Of a stretch of DNA of 64,000 nt, positions 18,180-28,228 are shown one piece after another. The position numbers and the translations under genes were made by a program. Source of the DNA: Vulcanimicrobiota bacterium (GTDB taxonomy: Bacteria > Vulcanimicrobiota > Xenobia > Xenobiales > JADMJV01); NCBI GenBank assembly GCA_050250895.1, contig JBFWNU010000004.1, forward strand, positions 462,934-526,933. Reading direction: 5' to 3'. How positions within the stretch are numbered: the first letter of the stretch is position 1; each line of letters begins with the position of its first letter. A model generated the notes under the pieces. It worked only from the letters and a program-made list of their open reading frames with translations. It did no database searches and was not told where the DNA came from.

Positions 18180-19070
18180 ATGAAAATTGCCGTGGGAATT
18201 CCCAACAGTCTGGCCGGAACACCCGGCCGCGTCTTTACCGAGTGGGCCACTTTAGCCGAAGAGTGTGGCTTCTCGAGCCTGGGCAGCATCGGCCGCATCG
18301 CCTTTGACAGCCACGAAGAACTGATGACTTTTGCCGCCTGTGCGGCTGTTACCCAACGCATCGGCTTTCTGACCACCGTGCTCCTTGGCCCGGTCCGGGA
18401 GACGGCCCTGTTGGCCAAGCAGGCAGCCACGCTGGATAGCCTTTCGGGAGGCCGCTTCAAGCTGGGTCTGGGGCTGGGGGCCCGAGAGGACGACTATACG
18501 GTCACCGACACTCCCTTCGCCCAGCGAGGCGACCAGCTCGAAGAGCAACTCAAGACCCTGAAGGCTATCTGGCGGGGCGAGCACATTCGGGGCATCGACG
18601 CTGCCGTCGGACCCAGGCCCTTCACCGCCGGTGGTCCCCGGGTTATCCTCTCGGGACGTGCCGAGGCCCCGATCAAAAGGGCCGGCCGCATGGCGGACGG
18701 GTTCGTGGCTACTCCCGTCGGCCCCGAGGGCAGTCAAGAGCAGTTCGAACTGGTAAAGCAGGCCTGGAACGACCGTCCCGGTTACCCGTACCTGGGCGGC
18801 TCCTGCTATTTCGCCCTTGGTCCCGAGGTCCAGGAACAGGCCGAGGCCAACGTGCGTGACTACTATGCCTTTGGTGGAGAAGAATTCATCAACACCATCC
18901 TCGATGGACTGATTCGCTCACCCCAACAGGCACGCGAAATCGTCGAGGGAATGGAGCAAACCGACGCCGAGGAGTTCTTCTTCTGGCCGGTGGTCCCCCA
19001 TCTCGACCAGTTGACCAGGCTCTCGGACTGCCTGGCTATGACTGGCGCCGAACGGGCAGCACGAAGGTAA
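18180..19070 (+). CDS. LLM-class flavin/F420-dependent oxidoreductase
   Basis: AEECGFSSL, AAVTQRIGF, LAKQAATLDSLSGGRFKLGLGLG; AAGGAG RBS. Confidence 0.9.
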   Translation: MKIAVGIPNSLAGTPGRVFTEWATLAEECGFSSLGSIGRIAFDSHEELMTFAACAAVTQRIGFLTTVLLGPVRETALLAKQAATLDSLSGGRFKLGLGLGAREDDYTVTDTPFAQRGDQLEEQLKTLKAIWRGEHIRGIDAAVGPRPFTAGGPRVILSGRAEAPIKRAGRMADGFVATPVGPEGSQEQFELVKQAWNDRPGYPYLGGSCYFALGPEVQEQAEANVRDYYAFGGEEFINTILDGLIRSPQQAREIVEGMEQTDAEEFFFWPVVPHLDQLTRLSDCLAMTGAERAARR

Positions 19071-20082
19071 AGGTCGCGCCTTGCTCGGGGCGGCTCAAGA
19101 CGCTGACCCGGCCGCCGTGACGCTCGGCCACTTCCTTGACCACGGCCAGGCCCAGCCCGGTGCCGCCCAGTTCGGCGGCCGGCCCTTTGGTAACCCGATA
19201 AAACTGCTCGAAGATCCGCTCTTGTTCGTCTTCGGCGATGCCTGGGCCGGTGTCACTGACGGTGATGACGATGTCGTCGTCGACCAGGCGAGCTTGCAAG
19301 CGAACTTTGCCATAGCCCATCAGGCCCGTACACTTGACGGCGTTGTCGATGAGGTTGACCACGGCTTTGCGCAACCCGTCGGCATCGACTTCGGGAATGG
19401 GTAGCCCGTCCGAGATAGAGACCTCGAGGGCCAGATTCTTCTGAGCCGCCACCTGCTCGAACATCTCGGCACAGGCCTGCAGCAGCGGAGCCAGCTCGGT
19501 GGCCAGGGCCGGTCCGGCGGCTGCCTTGCCAGAGGCTTCTTCGAGGGACATCACCAGGCGGGCCAGACGGTTGGTCTCGTCGTTGATGACCTGCAAGAAG
19601 CGCCGGGTCACCTCTTGACTGGTGTAGGCTCCCTCGAGCAGCGTCTCGACATAACCTTTGATGGCGGTGAGGGGCAGGCGCAACTGCGAGTTGATGTCGA
19701 CCAGAAACTGGTCGATTCCCTTCTCGATCTTCTGCACCGCAGCCATGTCTTTAAGGGTGGCGATGGCGCCCTGGTGGCGCCCTTCTTCGCCCATCACCGG
19801 CTTGATCTGAGCCACGAAGACCCGATCACCCGGAAGGACGACCACCTGCTCGACGGGAGTGGGATCCGATTCTTTCACCTGCTGACTCAGCGCGCGGGTG
19901 AAGTCGTTGATAGGCAACACATCCCAGAACTTCTCGTTCTCGAACTCGAGCCCCACCCCGAAAAGATCCCGCATGGCGGGATTGAGAAAGCGTATGCGAC
20001 CAGACCGGTCTACCGCCAGACAGGCGTCTTCGAGGTTGTCGAGCAGAGCCTCGATCAGTTGTCCGCGGACTCTACGCGCCAA
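19036..20082 (-). CDS. PAS-containing PhoR-like histidine kinase homologue lacking the phospho-His
   Basis: H-box reads INSQLRLPLTAIKGYVETL; N, G1, F and G2 boxes intact. Confidence 0.85.
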   Translation of the reverse strand: MARRVRGQLIEALLDNLEDACLAVDRSGRIRFLNPAMRDLFGVGLEFENEKFWDVLPINDFTRALSQQVKESDPTPVEQVVVLPGDRVFVAQIKPVMGEEGRHQGAIATLKDMAAVQKIEKGIDQFLVDINSQLRLPLTAIKGYVETLLEGAYTSQEVTRRFLQVINDETNRLARLVMSLEEASGKAAAGPALATELAPLLQACAEMFEQVAAQKNLALEVSISDGLPIPEVDADGLRKAVVNLIDNAVKCTGLMGYGKVRLQARLVDDDIVITVSDTGPGIAEDEQERIFEQFYRVTKGPAAELGGTGLGLAVVKEVAERHGGRVSVLSRPEQGATFTFVLPVRRQS

Positions 20083-20085
20083 GTG

Positions 20086-20784
20086 CTAGTTGTCGGGGTC
20101 TTCGTACTGGAATTTATAGCCGATACCGTGCACGGTCTTGAGCAACTTCGGCGAGGAGGGCTCGTCTTCAATCTTTTGACGCAGGCGCCGCATGTGCACA
20201 TCGACGGTGCGAGTGTCGCCCAGGTAGTCGTAGCCCCACAACTGCTCGAGCAAGAAGTCGCGGGTGAACACCTTGCCGGGGTTGGTCGACATCAGCTTGA
20301 GCAGGTCGAACTCTTTCGGCTTGAGTTCGACCTCTTTGCCGTTCTTGCGCACCTCGTGTTTGACCAGATTGATGGAGAGGTTGCCGAAAGAGAGCTCGTC
20401 TTTCTCTTCGGCTTTGCCGCTGGTGCGACGCAGTACGGCTTTCACACGGGCCACCAGTTCGCGGGGAGAGAACGGCTTGGGCACATAGTCGTCGGCACCA
20501 AGTTCGAGACCCAGGATCTTGTCGATCTCTTCGCCTTTGGCGGTGGCCATGATGATGGGAGTCTTCATCTCGCGCCGCAGGATACGGGTCACCTCGAGAC
20601 CGCCCTGCCCGGGCAGCATGATGTCGAGGATGATCAGATCCGGGCGATCTTGCTTGGCAATGTTGACCGCCTCGATACCATCGTAGGCGCAGATCACCTC
20701 GTAGCCTTCTTTCTCAAGGTTGTACTTGATCAACTCGACGATATTGCGCTCGTCGTCGACTACGAGAATCCTCTCCTTGGCCAT
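20086..20784 (-). CDS. OmpR/PhoB-family response regulator
   Basis: LVVDDE, ILDIMLP, KPFSPRELVARVKA, winged helix DTRTVDVHMRRLRQKIE, TVHGIGYKF. Confidence 0.95.
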   Translation of the reverse strand: MAKERILVVDDERNIVELIKYNLEKEGYEVICAYDGIEAVNIAKQDRPDLIILDIMLPGQGGLEVTRILRREMKTPIIMATAKGEEIDKILGLELGADDYVPKPFSPRELVARVKAVLRRTSGKAEEKDELSFGNLSINLVKHEVRKNGKEVELKPKEFDLLKLMSTNPGKVFTRDFLLEQLWGYDYLGDTRTVDVHMRRLRQKIEDEPSSPKLLKTVHGIGYKFQYEDPDN

Positions 20785-20930
20785 GAAACTCCCCTGCCTT
20801 CCATTACTGTTGGTCGCGTGATCGGCTATAGCCCGCGACAGCGCTTGCACCCGGCTTACGCCGTGGGTGCGACAAAACTACCGTTCGGGTCCCGCCCTAT
20901 TTCCTTGTCGCAATTGAATTATCCTCCACC

Positions 20931-21707
20931 TCAAAGAGTCACGGCTGTCAAGAGCCGTCCCGTCCGTCCTTTTTCACGCCGATAGGAAAAGAACAGATCA
21001 GGACGCTCGAAAGTGCACAACTCGCAGGCGAAAATCTGCTCGGAAGGCACCCCGCTCTGGCACAGGACCTGACGGTTCGCCTCCCACAGATTGATGGCCC
21101 ATTTGTTAGTCCGCTTGACCACCAAATCCTGCCCGGAGAAGCGATGCTCGAAGGGCTCGGCCACATCGGCATCGACCAGGAAGGCGTCGGGGCCGATGGC
21201 CGGGGCCAGGGCCACTCTGAGATCGCAGGGGCGGGTCCCATAGTGGGCGGTCATGGCCTCGATGGTGCTGCGAGCAATGCCGCCAACGGTGCCGCGCCAG
21301 CCAGCGTGGGCCAAGCCCACGGCTTTACGGACGGGATCGTGAAAGATGATGGGGACGCAGTCGGCGGTCGTGATCGACATGGGAAGGCCGGGGCAATCAG
21401 TGATGCAGGCGTCGGCCCTCGGCCGACCGGCCAGAGGCTCGGCCAGCACGGCCACCTCGGTGCCGTGGACCATGCTCAGGGTCCAGGGAACAGCCTCGAA
21501 GCCGAGCGCACGAGCGAACCGGCCACGGTTGACATCGACGGCGGTCGCCTCGTCACCGGCGGTATACCCGAGATTCAGGCTCTCGAAAGCGCCCTGACTG
21601 ACCCCGCCCAGACGGGTAGAACTGCCGTGAGGAGCACCCAGCGCCGGGAACTGAACCACGGTCAACTCTTCGCCATCGACCTCGACGCTCGTCAGTGTGT
21701 AGTCCAC
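20931..21707 (-). CDS. pgeF: Peptidoglycan editing factor PgeF (YfiH/laccase-like)
   Basis: STRLGGVS, SLNLG, VHG, TADCVPI, HAGWRGT, FFSYRR. Confidence 0.92.
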   Translation of the reverse strand: MDYTLTSVEVDGEELTVVQFPALGAPHGSSTRLGGVSQGAFESLNLGYTAGDEATAVDVNRGRFARALGFEAVPWTLSMVHGTEVAVLAEPLAGRPRADACITDCPGLPMSITTADCVPIIFHDPVRKAVGLAHAGWRGTVGGIARSTIEAMTAHYGTRPCDLRVALAPAIGPDAFLVDADVAEPFEHRFSGQDLVVKRTNKWAINLWEANRQVLCQSGVPSEQIFACELCTFERPDLFFSYRREKGRTGRLLTAVTL

Positions 21708-21780
21708 CTGACCGCCTTCGGTCGATCAAACGAGCGTCCTCCTGCAGGGGGATATGGGCCAGGGCAGGGAATTATCCCGC

Positions 21781-22242
21781 GTGAAAAGACTTCTGGGCAT
21801 GGTGGCGATGGTGGTGTTGCTGTCGCTGTCGGCCGGCGCCGACGACCTGACCACCACCATTTTCAAACTGGTGAATGGCCAACGCGCGGGCGGAGGCGCT
21901 CGCCCTCTGACGACCAGAGACGAGCTGACCCGAGCCGCCTTGAGTCACAGCAAAGAGATGCTCAGGCTCAACTACTTTGACCACGTCTCTCCTACGCCTG
22001 GCAGAACCGATTTTTGGGACCGCATCATCCGCGAAGGCTACGACCCTCGCGCCTCGGCCGAGAACCTCTACCGCGGCTTTGCGATGCCGGTTTCGGCCCA
22101 GGCCCAAGAAGTGCTCACCCTGTGGCTCAACCACCCGGGTCACCGTCGCAACATGCTCAGCAGCAAGTATCATCGCGCCGGCATCGGCATGGCGAGCGAC
22201 GGCAAAGTGATTTACGTGACCATGGTCTTCGCCAACGAGTGA
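21781..22242 (+). CDS. CAP (SCP) domain exported protein
   Basis: Signal peptide; AALSHSKEM..NYFDH, AENL, WLNHPGHRRNML. Confidence 0.88.
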   Translation: MKRLLGMVAMVVLLSLSAGADDLTTTIFKLVNGQRAGGGARPLTTRDELTRAALSHSKEMLRLNYFDHVSPTPGRTDFWDRIIREGYDPRASAENLYRGFAMPVSAQAQEVLTLWLNHPGHRRNMLSSKYHRAGIGMASDGKVIYVTMVFANE

Positions 22243-23927
22243 CCAAAGCGCTGAGTGCGGGCGCGCTGGTTGTCTTTGAGCAGGCGGTCCCGTGGCCAGG
22301 AGGCGGCAATGTGGCCCCAGGGCAAGGTTTCGTCAGGGCCCCGCTCGCGATAGTTCTCCTGCTCGAGCGACATGCCCTCGGCCTCGAGGGCCTTCATCCA
22401 GGCCGAGAAGGTAGGTCGGCGATAGACCCGAGCCAGAACTTTGCCCATCCGGCGGTCGGCTCGGGCCAGCAGACCCTCCAGCGTGGCCCAGCGGGGGCTC
22501 TCGGCGTTGACCTTCACCCCGCCCTCGCGGGCCAGGGCCTTCTTGACCACGTTCATCCGTTGGCTGGCCACGTCCATCCGTTCCTGGGCGTTCCACTGGT
22601 ACGGGGTCAGCGGCTTGGGCACGAACAAACCCAGAGATAGAGTAATGCGCCCGCCGGCCTGACCGTGGCGACGCTGCACCGCTCGGGTCTCGAGCACCAT
22701 TTCCACCAGCGCGTCCATGTCGGTGGGCAACTCGTTGGGCAATCCCACCATCGAATACATCCTTAGGTTCTTGATACCCTGGGCAAAAGCGCGCCCGGCC
22801 GCCTCATAGTAGCATTCATCCGAAAAACGTTTATTGATGGACTTGCGCAGGTCCTCAGAACCGGTCTCGGGGGCCAGGGTCATGGTCTTGGAGCCGCTCT
22901 TGACGATGGCCTCAATCATCTCGTCGGGCAACTGATCGGCCCGCAAGGAAGAGAAGGATACCGAGAGATCGGCGCCCATGATGCGCCGGCAAAGTTCTTT
23001 GATCTCGGGATGGTTGCCAACCGTGGCCGAGATCAGGCCGACCTTGGGGTTGTGCTCGGCCACCCGCTCGATGGCCCGCCACAGGTGGTCGATGGGCTTC
23101 CAGCGGACCTTGGGATAGGAAAAGCCCACCGTGCAGAACCGGCAAACGTAGGGGCAACCCCGGGAAACCTCGAGCAGAAAAGAGCGAGAGAACTCGGTAT
23201 CGTCGGTAAGGATCAGCGAATGGGTGTCTTGCTCGGCAAATTCTTCCCGGCTGATGTAGTTCTTGAAGACCTTCTCGGGTGCGCCCCCGCTGGGCTCGAG
23301 CGACTGCAGCATGCCCTCGGCATAGACCGGCTGATAAAGGCTGGGAACATACAGACCCGGGGTCTGGGCCAGGGCTTCGAGCCGGGCCCGGCGCTCCAGG
23401 TCGCGATGCTGGCGCAGCGACTCGACAATAGGCTCGACCATCCCCTCGCCTTCGCCTACACAGAAGAGATCGACGAAGTCGGCGATCGGTTCGGGGTTGA
23501 GCAGCGTGACGGCGCCCCCCACCATGACCAGGGGGTCGTCCTGGCCGCGCTCGGCCGAAAACAGGGGCAGGCCGGCCATCTCTAACATCGTCAGCAGGTT
23601 GACATAATCGTTCTCATAGGCGCAAGTGAACGCGACCAGATCGAACTCCCCCACCGGCCGCTGGCTCTCGAGGGTGAACAGATGGCGGCCGCATTGGCGG
23701 TATTCGGCCATCTCGTCGTCGTCAGGCAGGAAGAAGCGCTCGCAAGTGACTCCGGGCAAACGATTGAGAAAGCCGTAAACCAGCTGCAGTCCCAGGTTGG
23801 ACATCCCCACGTAGTAGGTGTTGGGGTAGCCCAGCGCCACCCGGATGTCGCCACCAGCCGCTGGCCGCAGCAGGGCAATCTCGCCGGCCAACCGCTTTTC
23901 GGCATTCTTGATGAGTTTCCACGACAT
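22212..23927 (-). CDS. B12-binding radical SAM protein (TIGR03960-like)
   Basis: YPNTYYVGMSNLG, SRGCPYVCRFC, APETGSEDLR, FVPKPLTPYQW. Start moved to ATG 23927. Confidence 0.88.
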   Translation of the reverse strand: MSWKLIKNAEKRLAGEIALLRPAAGGDIRVALGYPNTYYVGMSNLGLQLVYGFLNRLPGVTCERFFLPDDDEMAEYRQCGRHLFTLESQRPVGEFDLVAFTCAYENDYVNLLTMLEMAGLPLFSAERGQDDPLVMVGGAVTLLNPEPIADFVDLFCVGEGEGMVEPIVESLRQHRDLERRARLEALAQTPGLYVPSLYQPVYAEGMLQSLEPSGGAPEKVFKNYISREEFAEQDTHSLILTDDTEFSRSFLLEVSRGCPYVCRFCTVGFSYPKVRWKPIDHLWRAIERVAEHNPKVGLISATVGNHPEIKELCRRIMGADLSVSFSSLRADQLPDEMIEAIVKSGSKTMTLAPETGSEDLRKSINKRFSDECYYEAAGRAFAQGIKNLRMYSMVGLPNELPTDMDALVEMVLETRAVQRRHGQAGGRITLSLGLFVPKPLTPYQWNAQERMDVASQRMNVVKKALAREGGVKVNAESPRWATLEGLLARADRRMGKVLARVYRRPTFSAWMKALEAEGMSLEQENYRERGPDETLPWGHIAASWPRDRLLKDNQRARTQRFGHSLAKTMVT

Positions 23928-23935
23928 TTGGGGCC

Positions 23936-23944
23936 AGTGTAGCA
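23936..23944 (-). promoter_or_regulatory. Candidate extended -10 element (TGcTACACT), 8 nt upstream of the radical SAM ATG
   Basis: Sequence match; no SD between element and ATG. Confidence 0.45.
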
Positions 23945-23988
23945 CAAGCCCGCAAGGGGGGCCACGCTCGGGCCAAGAATGGCCAGCT

Positions 23989-24384
23989 ATGAAGATCGCA
24001 TTCCTATGCACCGGCGCGCTGGGCTTGTTACTGTTCTGCCTGAGCATGCTGGTCTCGTATCACCGCCTCTCCAAGCGCCAGGCCCTGGGACCGGGAGAAG
24101 ACCCCAAAGGGCCGCTGAGCAAAGCCTGCATCGCTCAGTCGAACACGGCTCAGTACGCGCCCATGCTGGCCGTGCTGATGATCACCCTGCAGATTTACGG
24201 CTCGCCCAACTGGCTGGTGTGGGTCTCGACGGCCGCCGTGCTTGGTCGTTATCTTTACGCCGCCGCCATCCTGACCGCCGAGGACCCGCGCAAGTTCAGT
24301 CCACTCAAAGCTACCGGGGTGGGGCTGACCTACGTCTCGGGCGCGCTGATGTCGCTGGCTCTGTTCGTGCAGGCAATGCGATGA
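23989..24384 (+). CDS. MAPEG family membrane protein
   Basis: Four hydrophobic segments; AQSNTAQYAP (cf. AHGNxxEY); GRYLYA. Confidence 0.8.
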   Translation: MKIAFLCTGALGLLLFCLSMLVSYHRLSKRQALGPGEDPKGPLSKACIAQSNTAQYAPMLAVLMITLQIYGSPNWLVWVSTAAVLGRYLYAAAILTAEDPRKFSPLKATGVGLTYVSGALMSLALFVQAMR

Positions 24385-24389
24385 AGGGC

Positions 24390-26819
24390 CTACGCCTGAG
24401 CCGCCGGTAGGCGCAGATGGAACGTGGTGCCGACCCCGAGCTGCGACTCGACCTCCAGACGTCCTTTGTGGCGGGCGGCGATCTGCTGGCTGACCGACAA
24501 CCCCAGGCCTGTCCCCTCGCCCACGTCCTTGGTGGTGAAGAAGGGTTCAAAGAGCCGCTCTTGATGCTCGGGCCGGATGCCCTTGCCGAAGTCCTGAACC
24601 GAAGCCGTGACCCAGCCCTCGTGGTGGCTGGTGGAGAGCACCAGCCGGAACTGATCCGAGGCGAGATGCGAACTGGCGTCAAGGGCGTTCATGACCAGGT
24701 TGACCAGCACCTGTTGCAGGTCCTCGGGCTTGCCGGCCACCGGGGGCACCTCGTCGAGGCGTAGCTCGACCTCGCAACCCTTTTGCTCGAGATGGTGCTC
24801 GAGGAAATCGACGGTGTCCCGCACCACCTGGCGCAGGTCGACCAGTTCCACGGCGTCGCTGGGTTTGCGCGAATAGAGCAGCAGTTTCTTGACGATGTGC
24901 TGGGCGGTCTCGGTGGCTTTCTGAGCGCGGGTCAATTTCTTGCCGGCCCGCTCGGGCCGATCGAGCTGCTCTAGAGCCGTGTCCAACGATAAAGAGATGA
25001 CCCCCAGCGGGGTGTTGAGTTCGTGGGCGACTCCCGCGGCCAACTGGCCCACGGCCATCATTTTCGAAGTCTGGATCAACTGAGCTTGCGACTCTTCGAG
25101 CAAGCGGCGGGCTTCGACCACATCCTGGAAGTGGCGGGCCTTCTCGAGGGCCACCGAGGTCTGGGCGGCGATGGCTCCCAGCAACTGCAGATGCTCTTCG
25201 CTAAAACAGTCGGCCGGCTCGCCCAGCAGCAGCAACACGCCTCCCCCTTCCGCCTCGAGAGGGGCGCACAGCAGGCTGCGCACCCCTGGCAGCGGCGGTT
25301 GAAAGCGGCACCCGGGCTCGGTCAGATCGGGCAAGAGCAGGGCCCGGCGATTCTGATAGACTGTCTGAGCCAACGAATCTAGCGCCTTCCCGTCAGGCTC
25401 GGGGGCCTGCCCCCGGCGGGCCCAGAGGTGGCGACGCCGGGCCAGGGCCAGAACGCCAAAGTCATGCGGCAGAGCCTCGAGCAAGAGGTGTTGCATCGAT
25501 GCCACCAATTCGTCGGGCTCGAGACTGCCGGCCAGCGCCTCGGCCCCCTGTTGCAGCAGGCCCAGCAGCTTGAGACGCTCGACCAGGGCGTAGTTGGTGC
25601 GGGCTTGCGATTCGAGCGCCGTCCGGCGGGCCTCGACCCGAAAAGCGGCCACCAGGGCCAGCTCTCCCTTCTGGGCTACGGACTTGAGAAATTCTACCTG
25701 GTCCTTGAGGAAGGGAGCTTTGTCGCGGCGTCCCAGGTAGAGAACTCCCACCCGGCCTACCGGTACCGCCAGGGCGTTGGACTCATCCTCGAAGAGGCGG
25801 GGAGCCTGGCGCAATTCGGGTCGGCTGATGACCGGCAATTGCCGACTCATAGCCTCCTCCACCAGGGGCTCGCGCAAGCCCAACAGCCGGGCATTGGAGA
25901 GGCGGTCCCGGTGGCGACTGGAGTAGCGGGCGGGAAACAGGCCCTCGCCCTCATCCACGAACACGGCCAGACTATCCGCCGGCAGGCGGGCCTCGATGGT
26001 CGAACACAGAGCTGACAACACCTCTGCCGGCGAGGGTTCCGAGGCCATGTGACGCGAGAAACCCTCGAGCAACTCCTTCTCTTCAGCGGTTCGCTTGAGT
26101 TCTTTCTGGGTGCTGCTGGCCTGGCTGATGGCCGCGCGCAAGGACTGCTTGCTCTCTTTGAACTGAGCGATCGCGTCGCGCGCTTCCGAGGCCTGCACGC
26201 GAAACAGCACGTTGCGAGCCTGTTCCTGGCTGGCCGCCAACAGCGGTAAGAACCAGAGCAGATGCAGCCCGTCGGCCGAAGTGAGCTGGGCCAAGCCCAA
26301 ACCGGCCGGGGCCAGACCCAGCCGCAGCCAGCGCACCTCTTCACCGACCTTTTGCACCAACAGGCGCTGCGATGGCTCGAGCTGCTGGTTGCGCAGATGT
26401 TCCAGGGTCAGCGGCAAGAACACCAACACGGCGGCCACCACCATTCCCCAGCCAACCTTGCCCAGCGGAGTCAGAGCGACGCAGGCTGCCAGAGTGACCC
26501 CGAGATAATCGAGCAAGAGCTCGGTCCAGCGCCCACACACATAGGTCCTCAGGCCGAGTCCGACCAGAGCCAGCACCAGGGCAAATCGAGGACCCACCAT
26601 CAACAGGGCGGCCAGATAGACGGCCAGGGCGGTGCTGACGAACCCCGCTTCAGGCAGGGGGACGGCCCGAAACTCTAACAAAAGGACGCTCGTCAACAGG
26701 GCCGGTAGCAGAAAATTCGAGGCGGGCCAGGGGCTCTGGAGCAGGACCAGGATCGTCAAGCTGACCGCAACCAACCAGCCCAGAACGGTGACCGGAGCCA
26801 CCTTCCCCTCTCCCTGCAT
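24390..26819 (-). CDS. Multi-TM, dual-GAF sensor histidine kinase (NtrB-like core)
   Basis: GQLAAGVAHELNTPL, NLVMNALDA, DFGKGI, FEPFFTTK, GTGLGL; exact start uncertain. Confidence 0.9.
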   Translation of the reverse strand: MQGEGKVAPVTVLGWLVAVSLTILVLLQSPWPASNFLLPALLTSVLLLEFRAVPLPEAGFVSTALAVYLAALLMVGPRFALVLALVGLGLRTYVCGRWTELLLDYLGVTLAACVALTPLGKVGWGMVVAAVLVFLPLTLEHLRNQQLEPSQRLLVQKVGEEVRWLRLGLAPAGLGLAQLTSADGLHLLWFLPLLAASQEQARNVLFRVQASEARDAIAQFKESKQSLRAAISQASSTQKELKRTAEEKELLEGFSRHMASEPSPAEVLSALCSTIEARLPADSLAVFVDEGEGLFPARYSSRHRDRLSNARLLGLREPLVEEAMSRQLPVISRPELRQAPRLFEDESNALAVPVGRVGVLYLGRRDKAPFLKDQVEFLKSVAQKGELALVAAFRVEARRTALESQARTNYALVERLKLLGLLQQGAEALAGSLEPDELVASMQHLLLEALPHDFGVLALARRRHLWARRGQAPEPDGKALDSLAQTVYQNRRALLLPDLTEPGCRFQPPLPGVRSLLCAPLEAEGGGVLLLLGEPADCFSEEHLQLLGAIAAQTSVALEKARHFQDVVEARRLLEESQAQLIQTSKMMAVGQLAAGVAHELNTPLGVISLSLDTALEQLDRPERAGKKLTRAQKATETAQHIVKKLLLYSRKPSDAVELVDLRQVVRDTVDFLEHHLEQKGCEVELRLDEVPPVAGKPEDLQQVLVNLVMNALDASSHLASDQFRLVLSTSHHEGWVTASVQDFGKGIRPEHQERLFEPFFTTKDVGEGTGLGLSVSQQIAARHKGRLEVESQLGVGTTFHLRLPAAQA

Positions 26820-26895
26820 TCTAAACGACTTCTCCGGGTCCCCGACCTTTGCCTTTAGCGAAAGATTTTTCAGCCCGAGGGTCGAACATTTTCAA

Positions 26896-28197
26896 GTGCT
26901 GTTCTCATATCAGTGCATCGACCACCAGGGGGGCGTTCAGGACGGACGACTGAAGGCCAAATCAGTCCATGCCGCCCGGCGGCAACTCGAAAGCAAAGGC
27001 TGGCAAATCCTCATCATCCAGCCTCTCGATGAGGGGGCCGAATCGGTCGACGACGACATCACCTTCGTCGCCGACGACTATATCCAGAAGGAATCCCGGG
27101 CCACCCGGCCCGAGCAGGCTGTCAACAGTTACCTGTGGGGGGCAAGAGTCAGAGTTCCTGGCCGCACGGTGGTCTTGTTCACCCGCCAACTGGCGACCAT
27201 GCTCAAGAACGGTGTTCCCCTGGTCAACTCTCTCGACACCCTGTCGCTCCAGCTCGAGCATCCTCAATTCGGCGAGGTGGTGGCCTCGCTCGCCACCCAG
27301 GTCACCCAGGGACACATGCTATCTCAGGCGCTGTCGCGGTTTCCTCGCGTTTTCTCGCGAGTCTATCTAACCATGGTTCGTATCGGCGAAGAGACCGGTC
27401 AACTCGACGCCGTGCTCGACCGCCTGGCCGATTGGCAAGAAGCCGACCAGGGTCTATTCCAGAAGGTGAAGAGCGCCCTCACCTATCCGGGCGTGGTATT
27501 GGTCTTTTCGCTAGGTCTTGGCTTTATCGTCTTCTACACCATCATCCCGGGCTTCATCCAGGTGCTCGAGAACATGAAGGTCGAGCTGCCATTGATCACC
27601 CGGCTGGTGTTTGCGGTGGCCAACCTGGTGCGGAACCCGGGCGTCTGGCTGGTGGCCATTGCCAGCATCGGCGCGCTGCGCCTGGTGCTCCGCGATGTGT
27701 ACGCCAGCGACAAGGGCGGCCAGACTCTGTTTTGGTGCGCCCTGAACCTGCCCCTGGTGGGTGGACTGTTGCGCTCGGCCACCGTGTCTCGCTTCACGAC
27801 CGCGGCCGCGGCCATGCTGGCCTCGGGGGTCGATCTGATGAAGACCATGGAACTGGCGGCCCTGGCCAGTGGCAACCCACTCCTGGCGGCCGATGGCAAG
27901 CGCCTGGTGGCCAATCTCAGAGAGGGGCAACAGGTCTACGCCCACATGGAAGGACGCCCAGATCTCTATCCTAATACCGTCACCCAGATGGTTCGGGTTG
28001 GTGAAGAGACCTCTGAGCTATCGATGATGCTGGCTCGGGCCGGCGCCTACTACGACTCTGAGGTAACCTATCGCATCGAGGCCCTGGGGGCTGCCCTCGA
28101 GCCTTTGCTGCTGGCTGCGGTCTCTTGCGTGGTGGCCACGATGGTCTTATCGATCTTTCTGCCGATGTACGGCTATCTGGCCAAGCTTGGTGGCTAG
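26896..28197 (+). CDS. pilC: Type II secretion/type IV pilus platform protein (GspF/PilC family)
   Basis: FTRQLATMLKNGVPL, GEETGQLD, SALTYP, LEPLL; GTG start at 26896 inferred. Confidence 0.9.
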   Translation: MLFSYQCIDHQGGVQDGRLKAKSVHAARRQLESKGWQILIIQPLDEGAESVDDDITFVADDYIQKESRATRPEQAVNSYLWGARVRVPGRTVVLFTRQLATMLKNGVPLVNSLDTLSLQLEHPQFGEVVASLATQVTQGHMLSQALSRFPRVFSRVYLTMVRIGEETGQLDAVLDRLADWQEADQGLFQKVKSALTYPGVVLVFSLGLGFIVFYTIIPGFIQVLENMKVELPLITRLVFAVANLVRNPGVWLVAIASIGALRLVLRDVYASDKGGQTLFWCALNLPLVGGLLRSATVSRFTTAAAAMLASGVDLMKTMELAALASGNPLLAADGKRLVANLREGQQVYAHMEGRPDLYPNTVTQMVRVGEETSELSMMLARAGAYYDSEVTYRIEALGAALEPLLLAAVSCVVATMVLSIFLPMYGYLAKLGG

Positions 28198-28210
28198 CTT
28201 AAACTCCCTA

Positions 28211-28219
28211 TGCTATAAT
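28211..28219 (+). promoter_or_regulatory. Extended -10 promoter element TGcTATAAT
   Basis: Perfect TGnTATAAT 9 nt upstream of ATG 28229. Confidence 0.6.
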
Positions 28220-28228
28220 TCCGGATAC

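Noticed and set aside
22212-23927. Radical SAM enzyme as maturase for the Cys-rich peptides at 35.5 kb or 48.4 kb
   Set aside because: It is a widespread TIGR03960-like family member with no SPASM or RRE domain and is not linked to either gene.
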